A DNA stretch of 64,000 nt from Eledone cirrhosa (lineage: Eukaryota): NCBI GenBank assembly GCA_964016885.1, contig OZ024740.1:321160001-321224000 (forward strand). The letters are read 5' to 3'. A program made the translations under genes and the position numbers. This document shows positions 29,048-42,600 of the stretch, in pieces; the stretch's first letter is position 1; each line of letters starts with the position of its first letter. The notes under the pieces are model-generated. The model saw nothing but the letters and a program-made list of their open reading frames with translations. It had not been told where the DNA came from and made no database searches.

Positions 29048-29271
29048 AATGATGAATCAAAACATAACAGATATGTTTAGAATTTTGTGTTTCTCAAGAA
29101 GTAAGCTCAATAGACTTTATGTAGACTTTATTTAGAGCCATAATAACCAAATTAAAAGATATATGTTTATATAGAGAAAGAGCCCTATATCGTAACAAAA
29201 ACATGGTATATTGTATATATACCAAATACATATTCAATAGAAGAATATGTACACAGCTGGAATCGTAAGTG

Positions 29272-29428
29272 AAACTTTATAGCGCCATTTCATACCTGGA
29301 GAGTATGACTAAAAATCGATCTATGTAATCGATCATTGAAAGAAAAATCAATCAATATATTCGATCATCGAAGACAAACTATCGATTATGATTAAACCAA
29401 ATGAGACTCAGGTACTCTTCAGCGGTTT
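29272..29428 (-). ncRNA. Hammerhead with long stem II (left arm)
   Basis: aaaccg-CTGAAGA-GTACCTG...CAGGTAT-GAAA-TGGCGCTA-TA-AAGTTT. Confidence 0.65.
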
Positions 29429-29720
29429 AGTCTCATCATACTAAGGGAAATATGGAATGAAAATGGTAAATAAATCAATATACCTGGGAATATCACAGCT
29501 AAGTTCAACGCGACCACCATGCTGAGAAGCACATAATCACCGTTCCTATTTCTAGCGTTATTATCGTCCACCTTGTGGATATCTATTCGCCATAGGTTTA
29601 ATGTTATTTCACCATGTGCTTCTCAGCATGGTGGTCGCGTTGGACTTAGCTGTGATATTCCCAGGTATATTGATTTATTTACCATCTTCATTCTATATTT
29701 CCCTTCGAATGGTACGACTC

Positions 29721-29867
29721 AACCTCTGAAGAGTAACTGAGTCTCATTTGGTTTAATCATAATCGATAGTTTGTCTTCGATGATCGAATATATTGATTGA
29801 TTTTTTCTTTCTTTCGATGATCGATTACATAGATCGATTTTTAGGTATGAAACAGCGCTATAAGGTT
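29721..29867 (+). ncRNA. Hammerhead with long stem II (right arm)
   Basis: AACCT-CTGAAGA-GTAACTGA...(116-nt stem II region)...TTAGGTAT-GAAA-CAGCGCTA-TA-AGGTT. Confidence 0.7.
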
Positions 29868-30002
29868 TAATCTACGATTCCATCTGTGTACATATTCTTC
29901 TATTGAATATGTATTTGGTATATATACAATATACCGTGTTTCTGTTACGATATATGGCCCTTTCTCTTCTCTTTATATATAAACATATATCTTTTAATTT
30001 GG

Positions 30003-30037
<35 letters not shown>

Positions 30038-30040
<3 letters not shown>

Positions 30041-30268
30041 TAAAGTAAGTTTCTTTAATATATCCCACGCGTTTAGGAACAAAGAAGTTGAAAATGCAAT
30101 TGAAATCTTTAAGAAAGTTTATTTACAATAATTTATAATTTTACCGGTTTCACAAGTTTCACGATTTTCAAAAGTTAAGAGAAATAGAGAAATGGAAAGA
30201 CATATGGCTATGCATAGCTACACATAAACCTTCTTATAGATTCCAATTGCATTTTCAACTTCTTTTCC
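30038..30268 (-). mobile_element. Fold-back element with a variant hammerhead
   Basis: Arms aaagaagttgaaaatgcaattg...ttta / taaa...caattgcattttcaacttcttt; minus strand 30137-30176 reads AACTT-TTGAAAA-...-GAAA-CCGG-TA-AAATT. Confidence 0.6.
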
Positions 30269-30305
<37 letters not shown>

Positions 30306-30381
30306 TATACATATATATACATTTATATATACATATATATATACATACATATATATACATATATATACATTTATATATACA

Positions 30382-30421
<40 letters not shown>

Positions 30422-30422
<1 letters not shown>

Positions 30423-30780
30423 ATTAGTAAAAAGGAAAAGAAAATGCTGACAAATTTTTCCAAGTGAAAATTAGTTTAATTAGGAATAAGTATAAATTAG
30501 TAATAAGTATTAGTTAGTATTCAGTTTTAGTTTTAAGTTTTTATCGGTTGCGCATTTCTTATGCTTTTCAAAAATAATTTTGAGATAGAGCGCTCGTGGA
30601 GCACTTTATCTCAAAATATCGCAACCGGTAAAAACTTAAAACTGAAACTGAATACTAACTAATACTTATTACTAATTTATACATATTCCTAATCAAACTA
30701 TTTTTCACTGGGAAAAATTTGTCAGCATTTTCTTTTCCTTTTTACTAATATATTAATATATCACAACTCGTGTGTCACAC

Positions 30781-30783
<3 letters not shown>
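30422..30783 (+). mobile_element. Fold-back element with a variant hammerhead
   Basis: ~130-bp arms and a right tail; minus strand 30538-30575 reads TTT-TTGAAAA-GCAT(aagaa)ATGC-GCAA-CCGA-TA-AAAA. Confidence 0.7.
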
Positions 30784-30854
<71 letters not shown>

Positions 30855-30863
30855 AATAGAGGT

Positions 30864-30904
<41 letters not shown>

Positions 30905-31193
30905 GCATACACATATTGTATACTACTGAACAACGCGAACATGCATTATTATAAGCTATATATAAATACTAATACACTACATTAATTACTATTTTGACTG
31001 TAGGTACAATTATGTGCAGGTAGATAAAAAAAAAAGCAAAGTATTATTAATAATGAATAATAATAACAACAAGATGCATTTTAAATATTTTTTAACGTAT
31101 TAAAAGAAATTTTGAAAGGATCATAGCCAAGCAATAATTGGATCTAAGACAAGAGGAGTGAAATTACAAGCAGCAGTTATGTATTTATAGGCG

Positions 31194-31254
<61 letters not shown>

Positions 31255-31281
31255 TGTGTGTGTGTGCTTGTATATGTATAC

Positions 31282-31329
<48 letters not shown>

Positions 31330-31337
31330 ATACATAC

Positions 31338-31375
<38 letters not shown>

Positions 31376-31513
31376 ATATAGATACATACATATATATATA
31401 TATATCCACACACACACAAACGCACCCACACATACATATACTTTTTTCCAAGCGTGAAACTAATTAATACTTTGTTTTTTTTTTACTCTCTGCATTTGTT
31501 TTGTTTATTCTTG

Positions 31514-31572
<59 letters not shown>

Positions 31573-31683
31573 TAAAAGGAATTCCAACTTTGTCTGATTT
31601 ACTTTTTTTATTTACAATCCTTTAAAATTATAATGGTATTAGAATGAAATAGTATGGTAGAATATTAAATGTTAGGTGTTAAT

Positions 31684-31722
31684 TGAACAAGTACTTTCAT
31701 GCTTTCGCAATCTTCAGGTTCA
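31684..31722 (-). ncRNA. Minimal hammerhead ribozyme (left arm)
   Basis: Reverse complement of 31779-31817. Confidence 0.8.
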
Positions 31723-31778
31723 TATCCTGTGGTGACAGTCAAGTTGAAAATTGCAAACTTGACTGTCACCACAGAATA

Positions 31779-31817
31779 TGAACCTGAAGATTGCGAAAGC
31801 ATGAAAGTACTTGTTCA
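31779..31817 (+). ncRNA. Minimal hammerhead ribozyme (39 nt)
   Basis: TGAAC-CTGAAGA-tTGC(GAAA)GCAt-GAAA-GTAC-TT-GTTCA: 5-bp stem I, GNRA-capped stem II, palindromic GTAC stem III. Confidence 0.8.
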
Positions 31818-32078
31818 ATTAACACCTAACATTTAATATTCTACCATACTATTTCATTCTAATACCATTATAATTTTAAAGGATTGTAAATAAAAAAAGT
31901 AAATCAGACAAAGTTGGAATTCCTTTTATTAATATAATCTTCTATACACAATCATACACACCCGTGTATATTTATTTATCTATCTATCTCTCTCTCTATA
32001 TATATATACATACTACACACACACACACATATATATATACTATCTCTCTCTCTATATATATATATGTGTGTGTGTGTA

Positions 32079-32148
<70 letters not shown>

Positions 32149-32574
32149 TGTATTTGTGTTTTCTGGATTCAATGAGTTCAATACGAATCAACTTTAAGAT
32201 TGTGTAGAGCCTGTTACTACTATCTATTGTTTAAAGAAAAATATTTCCTTAAAACAAAAGGTTTCGTGCAGTTGACCTTAGTCAGTCAAACTCATCGGTG
32301 ATCAACTGAAATAATTGTTTCATACTGTCATTGATTAGTACGATTGCCTATGCCTAACGGTAGCTGTACGGAACCGTTGAGGATGAGGAAATTATCCCGT
32401 TTACCAACACCCAGTTGTATATATATATATATATATATATAGGGTGTCTCCAAAAATGTATACACACTTTGATAACCTCTACAGGCAATATGTATTTGCT
32501 GTTGAAGTGTGTATATATTATCTTGGGATACCCTGTATATATATATTTATATATATATATATATATACTTGGGG

Positions 32575-32723
<149 letters not shown>

Positions 32724-32855
32724 CATGTGTATGTATGTGTTTGTGTGTGTGTATTATACTTCTATCTATGATCATGCTTGATATGCACTTGCTCATTAGA
32801 CTGCAAAACCAGAACATGTGTGTAGTGTGTCAGACGAATGGTTCATAGAATCAAT

Positions 32856-33008
32856 TCACTTTTGTAAACTGATGTTGTCGAGTCTCATCTGATCATAAGA
32901 CATCAACAACATAGTCAGCTCATATTTGTCGATCTTGCCATCTCTGTTGAGGTCACATTGCTCCAGTAGGACACGTTTCGATTCTTGAAGATCTTCATTG
33001 CTGTAATC
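32856..33008 (-). CDS. Cbp53E: Calbindin-32-like last coding exon (EF6 and stop)
   Basis: ttgcag|GATTACAGC...CAAAAGTGA, 153 nt, contains [18 protein letters not shown]. Confidence 0.93.
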   Translation of the reverse strand, partial: DYSNEDLQESKRVLLEQCDLNRDGKIDKYELTMLLMSYDQMRLDNISLQK

Positions 33009-33075
33009 CTGCAAGAAGCAAATAAAAAAAAGATACGTTCATTATTATATTAGTTAGACAGATTCATATGCAGTC

Positions 33076-33133
<58 letters not shown>

Positions 33134-33348
33134 CGAAGGAAATGTGGTAAGGAACCAGGTGGACCATAACGCACCAAAGTACTCAATACTTAGGGTAGTG
33201 TGGGTAATAGGAACGAGTAGGACCCCGACGGCTGAGCTCAAGCCGTTTCGACGGCTAATTCTGAGTCCAGAATTAGCCGTCGAAACGGCTTGAGCTCAGC
33301 CGTCGGGGTCCTACTCGTTCCTATATATATATATATAGAGAGAGAGAG

Positions 33349-33383
<35 letters not shown>

Positions 33384-33637
33384 CCTGCAATGCAATTTCC
33401 ATATACGAAATTTCACTCCAAAGCATTGGTTGACCCAAGATATTTCCTTGCTCAACGTGCCTTGTAGTGAGAACCCGAAAAAATGTGGTTGCAAAGCGAA
33501 ATTCTTAACCACCAGCTATGCCTGCACTTAATAACCATTTATTTATTGTCTTACCTCTTCAATAAGCTCCATCAAATCTTTTAAAAACCCATACAATTCT
33601 TCATCTTCTATAGTTCCATTTTTATCCTGTAAAACAA

Positions 33638-33686
<49 letters not shown>

Positions 33687-36600
33687 TAGATATGAGTATA
33701 TAGCGAGTGTGTATAAGATGTTGGACTGACTGAGTGTATAATGATCAACCAAAATACATTTTATCTATCTACAAAATTTCTGCTTTCGTGATTTTTGTCA
33801 AAGCCTTCAAATTACTATTTTCTTTTTTGAATATGTCAAGGTTATTCATGTAATTTCTTGAACTTGGTACGATGTTTCAAATTCATTAATTAACGAAATA
33901 TTAAAACATTATTTCAGACAGAACAAGGCATATTCATTCCTCTCTGATGTCATATATTCAACAGCGGTTTTTGTGTACTTCCACGTACTTTAGAGTAAAT
34001 TACATTTCCCTCAAAATAGTAGAAAACACCCAGTAAACCAATCAGTTAAACATCACAAATATTTCAGTTAAATATATGAAGAAGTTCTGCCAAAGGGACA
34101 CGATCGGAGAAAAGTTTCTACTGTTGTTGAAGTATTTTCAAGTTTTAGCTGAATAAATAATCGTCGTACCGAGAAATACTAGTCGAGAAACAATATTTTA
34201 TTTGGCTAAAATGTCCAACTTCAGTTTAAAACATTTGATTTCAGTACAATACGTCTAACTTCAATACAAATCATTCAATTTCACTTTAAAGCATTCAACT
34301 TCAATTTAAAACACCCAACTTCAGTTTAAAATATCTAATTTCAGTACAAAACATCCAACTTTAGTACAAAACAGCCAATTTCAGTTTAAAACCTTCAGTT
34401 TCAATTTGACACAACATAATGAATGAGTTAGTATTTATTGTAAATGGCTGTTTGCCAGTCTTCAACTAAGGCATTACACAATGCATCTAAATCAGAAGTA
34501 TCAATTCGTAAACGACCAAAATAAAATATATTAAAAAAATTGTACAAGATGTTGTGTGAAGCTGTTATACAGTGTAGTTAACTGGAAGAAATGTATAAAT
34601 TGTGTGAAATTATTGTACAGTTCACTGGAAGGATTGCACAAGATATGTCGAGCTGTTGTACAGTGTAGTTGAGATGAGGGAGTAGAGAAGTCACCGTGGT
34701 TAGTAAGAATTTACTTACTCTGTCGTACAAAGCAAAAACATGGTCCAAGTCATCTGTTGTAAATCCCTTTTCTCCCTGCAATGAAATCAATTACGAAATT
34801 GTAGATAATATCATCATTGGCATCAACAAATCACACATACGTGCCCCCCCCCCCATATATATATATATTGCAGAGATGTTGGTTATAATACAAATCCTAA
34901 CCTAACCTGGTAGGAATCAATCGATTAACAATATTTTTTTTGTTTCTTACTTTAAACATGGGACGGCACAGGAAATTTTCTTTTACTGGAAGCAATCTGG
35001 AAAAATAAAGATAAAAAAGTTTTATAATCACTACAACAAAATCCCACACACCAAGGGAGACAAACAGTACAAAAAACTTCATCCACCACACCATGCATAG
35101 AGATAAGTACCACAACGAAATCCCACCTACAAAACCATAGTAAGAAGCTTCAAAATAAAGCCCCACCTTCCGAGTCATAGTGACAAGCATCACAACAAAA
35201 CTCCGCCCCTAAACCAAGGGAGACAAGTACCACAACAAAACCCCGCCCACCAAGCCATAATTATAAACTTCACAACAAAACCATGTCAACAACATCACTG
35301 TGACAACCACCACCACCATAATGGTAAATCGGAGTTGAGTGGAAAAATATCGATAAAAATATCAATAAATGGGTTTTTAAACCCGAAAATATTTGAGATA
35401 ATTAAATTTGCTAAGGTAAAATTCTGTTGTCCTTATTCTTTCCTCTATAACGCCTATTACCTTGGCACCTTTAATATCCTATGCATTGTAGTGCTTTTAA
35501 ACTTATTTGTATCAATAAATGTATTTTAAGTTTATTTTTATATTTCCAACTAAACACCCCACTTTTAAGCTATAAACAAATGTTTTAAGAACAGTTTTTT
35601 TTTAAATTATTTTTTTTTGAATTTTCCGTTTTTTTAAGCGATCTGTGTTCCCATTTTTTAATATTTGAAAGTTCAGTCTTATGATCGATCTGGATTTTGT
35701 TATTCGATGTTATGAGGTTGGGGGCACTGTTGTTTGGTGTTATGATATTGGGGGTACTGTTGTTATTCGATGTTATGAGGTTGGGGGTACTGTTGTTTGG
35801 TGTTATGATGTTGGGGGTACTGTTGTTATTCGATGTTATGATGTTGGGGGTACTGTTGTTATTCGATGTTATGATGTTGGGGGTACTGTTGTTTGGTGTT
35901 ATGATGTTGGGGGTACTGTTGTTATTCGATGTTATGATGTTGGGGGTACTGTTGTTATTCGATGTTATGATGTTGGGGGTACTGTTATTCCATTTTATAA
36001 TTGACACCTAATCGAAGCTATATCTTTGATTCTATGCACCGAATGTTTATCTCAGTCTATACAATAACGATATACAACCAAATTGGAAGGGAGACCACAC
36101 TGTGATGGTAGTGTGTTTATATCTTTGCAGTACATCAATAACTACACCTATAATCAATGGTGGGACCACACTGTAATGGTAGTGTGTTTATATCTTTACA
36201 GTACATCAATGGTGGTTGTGTATTTAGCTCAGTCTGTACAACAATAATCACATATAGCCAAGGTGAAAGAGGAAGATAATGGTGTCAGTTGTAATTCTTA
36301 CTTACTTGGCCATTTCACTAAGCTGCAGTTTACCGTCGTTGTTTCGGTCAAAGAGTTTCAGCTGTGGAAAAATTATATATAAAAAAAGAAACGATGATAA
36401 TTTTGTAAAAATATCTGATATCGACAATCATCATCATGATTATCATCCTCATATTATTATTATTATTGTTTTTCCTTCTCCTTCAGTATTGTTTTCGTTA
36501 TATGCTGAGTGTCTTCCTGACACCTTGGGCAAATAAACTCACTGTCTACATTGGTAAGCCAGTTAACACACCACATTGATTATAATTTTCAGAGAGATAA

Positions 36601-39600
36601 TGCTCATCTCAATGCGTGTGCAGTACCAGTTAAAACAATTGTATGCACCTCTTGCAGAGAGGGTAAACCAAGGATCATTCTCAAATACTGTTCTGTTCAT
36701 TCCCAGTGCTCCCACAATCACTGGTATTGTAACGGCCTTGAGGTGACACATTATTTTCAATTTCAATGAGCAAATCTTTATATTTTCTTAGTTTGTCAAA
36801 TTATTTTGCCGCGATATTGTGATCACATGGGATGCTCATATCAAAAAATAAACAGGCCTTGCTATATTGGTCTTTTACAATTGGTCTATTAGCTTTTATG
36901 GCCCGGTCAGTATGTACAGGAAAGTTATTAGGGTCGGACGCCATGCTTTGATGCATAGAGTTACGGCTCTTGCCATTCTGAATTTAAATCCCGCCGAGGT
37001 TAACTGTGCCTTTCATCCTTACGGGGTCGATAAAATAAAGTACCAGTAATGCACTGGGTAATTGCTGGCCTTGTGCCTAAAGTAGAAACAATTATTATTA
37101 TTATTATTATCATTATTATTATTGGTCTAATCGGACGTATTTTGCTCGCTCCCAGTAAGTCGCTTTATTTGCCTGTTAAAATTATTTGTTGTTAAATATT
37201 TCTTGCTGTGTAAGGGATATAAGCCCTTATACTTTACCCTGTGAAGGGGAAAGTATAATATTTGGGCCTTTTGGCCCAAATATTTGAACTTTTTTTACAT
37301 TTTAAAAAATTTACGGAGAAAAAAAATAAACATGGCTGAGCCACGCCCCCCAGCGATATGTCTGCTGTCGTGCGACAACGACGTAGAAGTTGAGAGGAGC
37401 GCTACAGCGAAATTAACACAAATTGATAACACAAACACCACCACAAACAATGTAAACAAAGACACCAATGATACCAATGAGAACTCTAATTTTGAAAAAA
37501 AATGACAGTAACAGCGACAACGAAAATACAAATAACAAAAAAAAAAATGACAAATGCAACAACAATATCAACACCACTAACATGAAAACAAATAGCGACA
37601 ACACAAACAGCAACAATACCAACTGCACCGAGAACAACGGTGGCAACAAAGACAACAATGATAACAGCGACAGTGATAACAACAACACCAATAAGAACAA
37701 CGACAACGACAACAACACCCCCAACGAAAACAAGAAGAACACTTTCGCTGCGGCAGCAGCAAAAAATAGGCCATGCTTCAACATGGACCTCTCAAACGAA
37801 GATGAAAAGTTGGCCCAGGCATGGAAGCTCATCAAGCAAGAGCAAACCTGGGCAAACTTAACTGTCCCGGTAGAAGCTATTGAGGCAGTGGAGCGCAGAA
37901 CGGTGCATTATAGATGCATCTCAGCACAAACCAAAAGGGCAGCTTTAATCCCACAAGCAGATGTCGAAGTCGCGCTGAGGTGCATCAGAGAAGACACCGA
38001 ATACATAGAGAGAGGCAGACAGTACGGCACCATTTCAGTGTTGTTCAAGTCAGAAGCCCTCGCTATGAAACACGCTATGACTCCTTGCAAAACTAGCAAG
38101 GTCATAATGTACCCATCCCACATGGGAAAAAGAACGGCCCGTCTCCGCATTCCCAGAATTCCACCAGGACTTGACATGTGATGGCTTCTGGGATGTGTGA
38201 TTGTGGAGGGGACGGATACCGTCCCTATAGAAGTGACCAGAACGGTCAGAGAGGACTGGTCCGGGGTTGACCTGGAGATCCTTCTCCAGATCAGGCCCGA
38301 GAATGGGAAGACAATCCCGGACCACATCCGCCTTCAGAATGGGACGGTCATTCACATTATGACCGAAGGCAAAAGGCCGCAGTGTTTTGTTTGTGGGAAA
38401 AAAACCCATTTGCGAGCCTTCTACCCTCAACTGCTGAAAGAGGCAAGGGGTCGAAAGGTTCCACTGCTGCCGACGCCGGGGCGAGGACCACAACCAATAC
38501 CAGCACCGGCAAAACCACCACCAACAACACCAATAGAAAGACCACCACCAACATTGACCACCCAGGGGGGAAACTAGGAAAGCTGTCACCCCCCCCCCCC
38601 CAAAAAAAAATACACACACCAATAAAACCATAAACATACATGCAGACACACTTACAGACACAGACCCCTCATCTACCAGTAGTGAAGATGAGGGAAAACC
38701 AAAATCCCTCAAAATACAAAAAAGGAAACACAAAAAGAAAAAGAAAACTCAACAAAGCACAAAATCACCCACAATAAAAAACGCAGACACCACCCACACA
38801 AACATCTCTCCAATAACACCAACATCAACACCAACATCAACACCACCATCACCATCACCAGAATCCCCCAAACGCAAACAACCTAAACAGACGCAAGAAC
38901 AAATATACACACAAACATCTAAAACCATAGACACCGCACTCACAACAAACACAGATACAACCGAAACAACACCACCAAAACCATCACCACCACAGACACG
39001 CAAACAAATAAAATCACACCAACAAAACATACAAAACTTCGTGCTCGTCAGGAGGGCCAACAAGGAACTGATGGCCCTATTAGCACGAAGTGAAAATATA
39101 CAAAAAGAGGGGGAAATTTTTAAATCGAGCACATTTCGCGTGCCGGAAGATTTGGTTCTGGTGCGAATGTCGCTCGATATATTCAAAGAAATACGAGACA
39201 GCTTTCCTCAGGACGTGGGAACACCGAACGTAAAACCCACTTCAAGACTTTTAAAGGGGTTCCCAAAAGAAACCCCACCAACTATGGAGGTCGAACAACC
39301 CGACCTTCACAAGAGCCCGGAAGGTAAGTAAACCTTCCTCTCTCTCTTTTTAACCTGCCAACATGGCCGTATTAAGAGTAGGATGTTTAAATGTTCGAGG
39401 CCTGGGACCGTCCTGGAAGCAGGGTCACCTGCTCAACGACCTCAGGTCTATAGAAATGGATGTAATTGCCGTCAGCGAGACCAGGATTTCCGACACGCGC
39501 GCACTAGCCCCCATTTTCGACGACTATCAGATCTTTGCATCTGTTAGTCGGCCGGGAATGGAAGGCAGGGTGGCAGTGCTGTTTAGGAAAGGCCTGGACC

Positions 39601-42600
39601 TCGAGGTAAGGTCGATCTTCCGGGACCCGGACGGGAAGCTGGTGGTCCTGGACGTGAACAATAATGAAGGTGGTGCCTTTAGACTGGTGGCCGTCTATGC
39701 TCCTACTGGGGAAGGACGGCCGGACTTCTTTAGACGCCTGGAAGCCTTTCTGGGTACGTCTCGCCCTTTACTGTTATCGGGGGACTGAAACGGCATCTTA
39801 GACGCACGCTGGGACTGTGTGGGAGTATCCGATAGGAGCGGGGGTGCAAAAGCCTCAAGAACCTGATCAGCCAGTTCCAACTGTCTGACAGGTACCGACT
39901 AGATTTCCCTAATGCGCCAGTGTGGACCTGGGCTAACCGCATAGGGTCATCTAGATCGTATATAGACAGGATATTCATTAGGAAAATAGACAGAAATAGT
40001 GTAAGCTGTCCACGTTTTGAAACGGTCGCCTATTCAGATCACAAGTTTGTGATCTGTATGGTCGGCCTAGATAAGACGCGTAGGTTAGGACCTGGTTACT
40101 GGAAGCTAAACATGTAATTTCCGGCACGTAAGGCTTACCGGGACCAGGTCAACAATTTAGTTAAGAAAAAGTTGACAGGGGGAATCGTCAACAATAGATG
40201 GTGGGGGGGGGGGGGGGGGGGGGGCTCTCAAAAGAGAGATTAGAGTAATGTCGATAGAGTTTAACAAAGAAGTAGCATTAGAGAAAAATAGAAAGGAGGG
40301 GGAGTTGGTAGATAAGTTAGACGAGGCTATTTGTAGTGGCATCGCAACTGACGTGCTAGCGGCGAGAATGGCATTAGACCATTTCTTCAATGCGAAACAC
40401 GAAGGTTGCATTGTCAGAGCTAAGGCGCGTGTTCTGAGAAACGAGGGAACCAAAGCTGTTCGATGGGCCCGCGTGCCAGAGGCGCAGCGTGGTAATAAAA
40501 CCACGATTCGGTCTTTGACGGACCGAGACGGGCACGAGCTGAGCGATTCCAAGAGGATGTGTGAGGCCTTTCGCCAACATTTTGCTCGGTTGTTCGGGGG
40601 AAGTGGCGGGTCAGAGATGGTGGCGGACTTCAGTCCCTACCTTGATGGCTTGCCGCAACTCTCGACGGCTGACGCTGGGCGCTGCGAAAGGCCAATTACT
40701 TCAGCCGAGATTCAGGATGCCCTTGTCGGCTTCATGAGGCGCAAGTCACCCAGTTTGGATGGTCTGCCCTACGAGCTTTACGTAAATATGCCAAATTTGT
40801 TCTCCAATCTCCTCGAAGCCCTCTACTGCAACTGGCAACAAAACGGGAGTAGTGACGCTGATAAGGAAAGACGAGAACAAGAGGGACACATTAGACAATT
40901 TCAGGCCCATAACTCTGCTCAACACAGAGTTTAAGATTTTGGCCAGGGTGTTAGCGAAGAGGTTGGCGCTTGTCGTCGGGGATTTGGTTGGGGAGGCGCA
41001 AACTTGCGCAATCCCAACCAGGTCCATACACGACAACCTCCACCTAATGCGATACATCATAGAGAGGGTAGGGTGTAAACCTGGCTTCGGTGGGGCTCTG
41101 ATCAATTTAGATCTATCGAAAGCATTCGATAGGGTCGACCATCGGTACCTGGAGGCTGTCCTCAAGGCGGCTGGCTTCGGCCCCGTCTTCAGAAGCTGGA
41201 TCGCTGCAATGCACAGCGGCACCTGCTCGATGGTCAAAATTAATGGCCACCTCTCGGAACCGTTTCAGGTCTCCCGATTGGTCCGTCAAGGGTGCCCTCT
41301 CTCCTCCCTTCTGTACGTATTGACTCTCGAGCCTTTACTGCGGAAGATGGAGCTGTTGCAGGGCATCCCGCTCGAACCGGGACGCGGAAAGGCTGTGTCG
41401 GCTTATGCGGACGACATCACCGTGACGGTGTCGGACACCTCAGCAATCGAGGTGGTCGGCAACTTATTGGAGGAATATGAAAGGTTGACGGGAGCAAAAC
41501 TTAACCCGGAAAAGTCAGTGAGCTTGCAACTCGGCACCTGGAGAGGCAAGTCCATGCCGTCCAACAGCGTCGTTAGGCGCTGGACGGACGGACCGGTAAA
41601 GTTGCTAGGGGTTTGGTTCGGGCCAGACCTCCAGGTGGATAAGAATTGGGACGAGGTGACGGGCAGGGTAGTCAGTCTCACCCAGAAATGGGCTGGGATG
41701 AAGCTATCACTGAAAGGTCGGGCGGAGGTGGCGAACGCGTACATCGCGTCCGTCATCTACTACCGTCTAACTGTCGTCCCTTGCCCCCGTTCGCGCCTCG
41801 CCATCTTGGAGCGGCTCCTCTTCAAATTCTTGTGGAGGGGTCAGATTCCACTGGTGAGGCGGTCCATCTGCTGCCAGCACTCTCTACGTGGAGGGCTGGG
41901 CATGCCGTGGCTAATGATGCGCAGGCACGCGCTGAGGCTGCGGCATCTCCAGATATTCTGCCTAAACGGTGAACAGGTGTGGTCGCCGTTTGTCAGACGG
42001 GCCTTTCCGCAGCTCGTTTCTTTGACTGAGTTGCAGTCCTGGGTCAAGAAGAGACCGAGACTGGGTGACTGGCATCTGGAATGTTGCCAGGCACTCACTA
42101 CCCTCTACCAGGCGGGCAATGCGGTCAGTGGAACTTCCACTCTCGAGTTCTATCGAGGATTAGTGGTGGGCAAGTGCGACGACGCATTCGGAGAGGCTCT
42201 GGGAGTCAACGAAGTCGAACTAACCAGTCTGTACCGGAGGACTTTCGAGCCGGGGACGATGGATAATTTCCAAAAATCCCTCGCTTGGCAGTGCTACGGG
42301 GGGGCACTGCCGGTTCGAGATAAACTCTACAGGCACGGAAGTGCTGTCAGACGGACCTGCCCGAGATGCGCGCAGAGCGACGAAACCGTTCTGCACGCAC
42401 TCGTCCAGTGTCCGTGCATTACTGACTTGTGGAGTTATGTTGAACAGCTGTTGTCGTGTGTAGAACGGATCCGGCTATCGGCCGAGTCCATAGTGAAGAT
42501 CGACCCGTCGCCTTCTTTTGGCCAAGAAGGGCAGGCAATTTTCCTCTGTCTGGTGGCAGTAGCGAAAGAGGTTGTATGGTGGACGAGGTTGAAAGGACTG

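Larger units (their letters stand above)
29070..30005 (-). mobile_element. Large fold-back PLE-like element, family C
   Basis: ~390-bp inverted arms (29143-29534 / 29614-30005); its left tail is shared with the 47385-47766 element. Confidence 0.8.
31566..31965 (+). mobile_element. Fold-back PLE-like element with a hammerhead in each arm
   Basis: Almost perfect ~180-bp arms (31566-31745 / 31757-31936), right tail, TA flanks. Confidence 0.82.

Noticed and set aside
32240-32305. Hammerhead-like motif (CCGATGA...GAAA) on the minus strand
   Set aside because: Core mismatch, no UH triplet and no stem I
35585-36011. NNSTPNIIT repeat ORF as a calbindin exon
   Set aside because: Minisatellite; the flanking exons already join in frame without it
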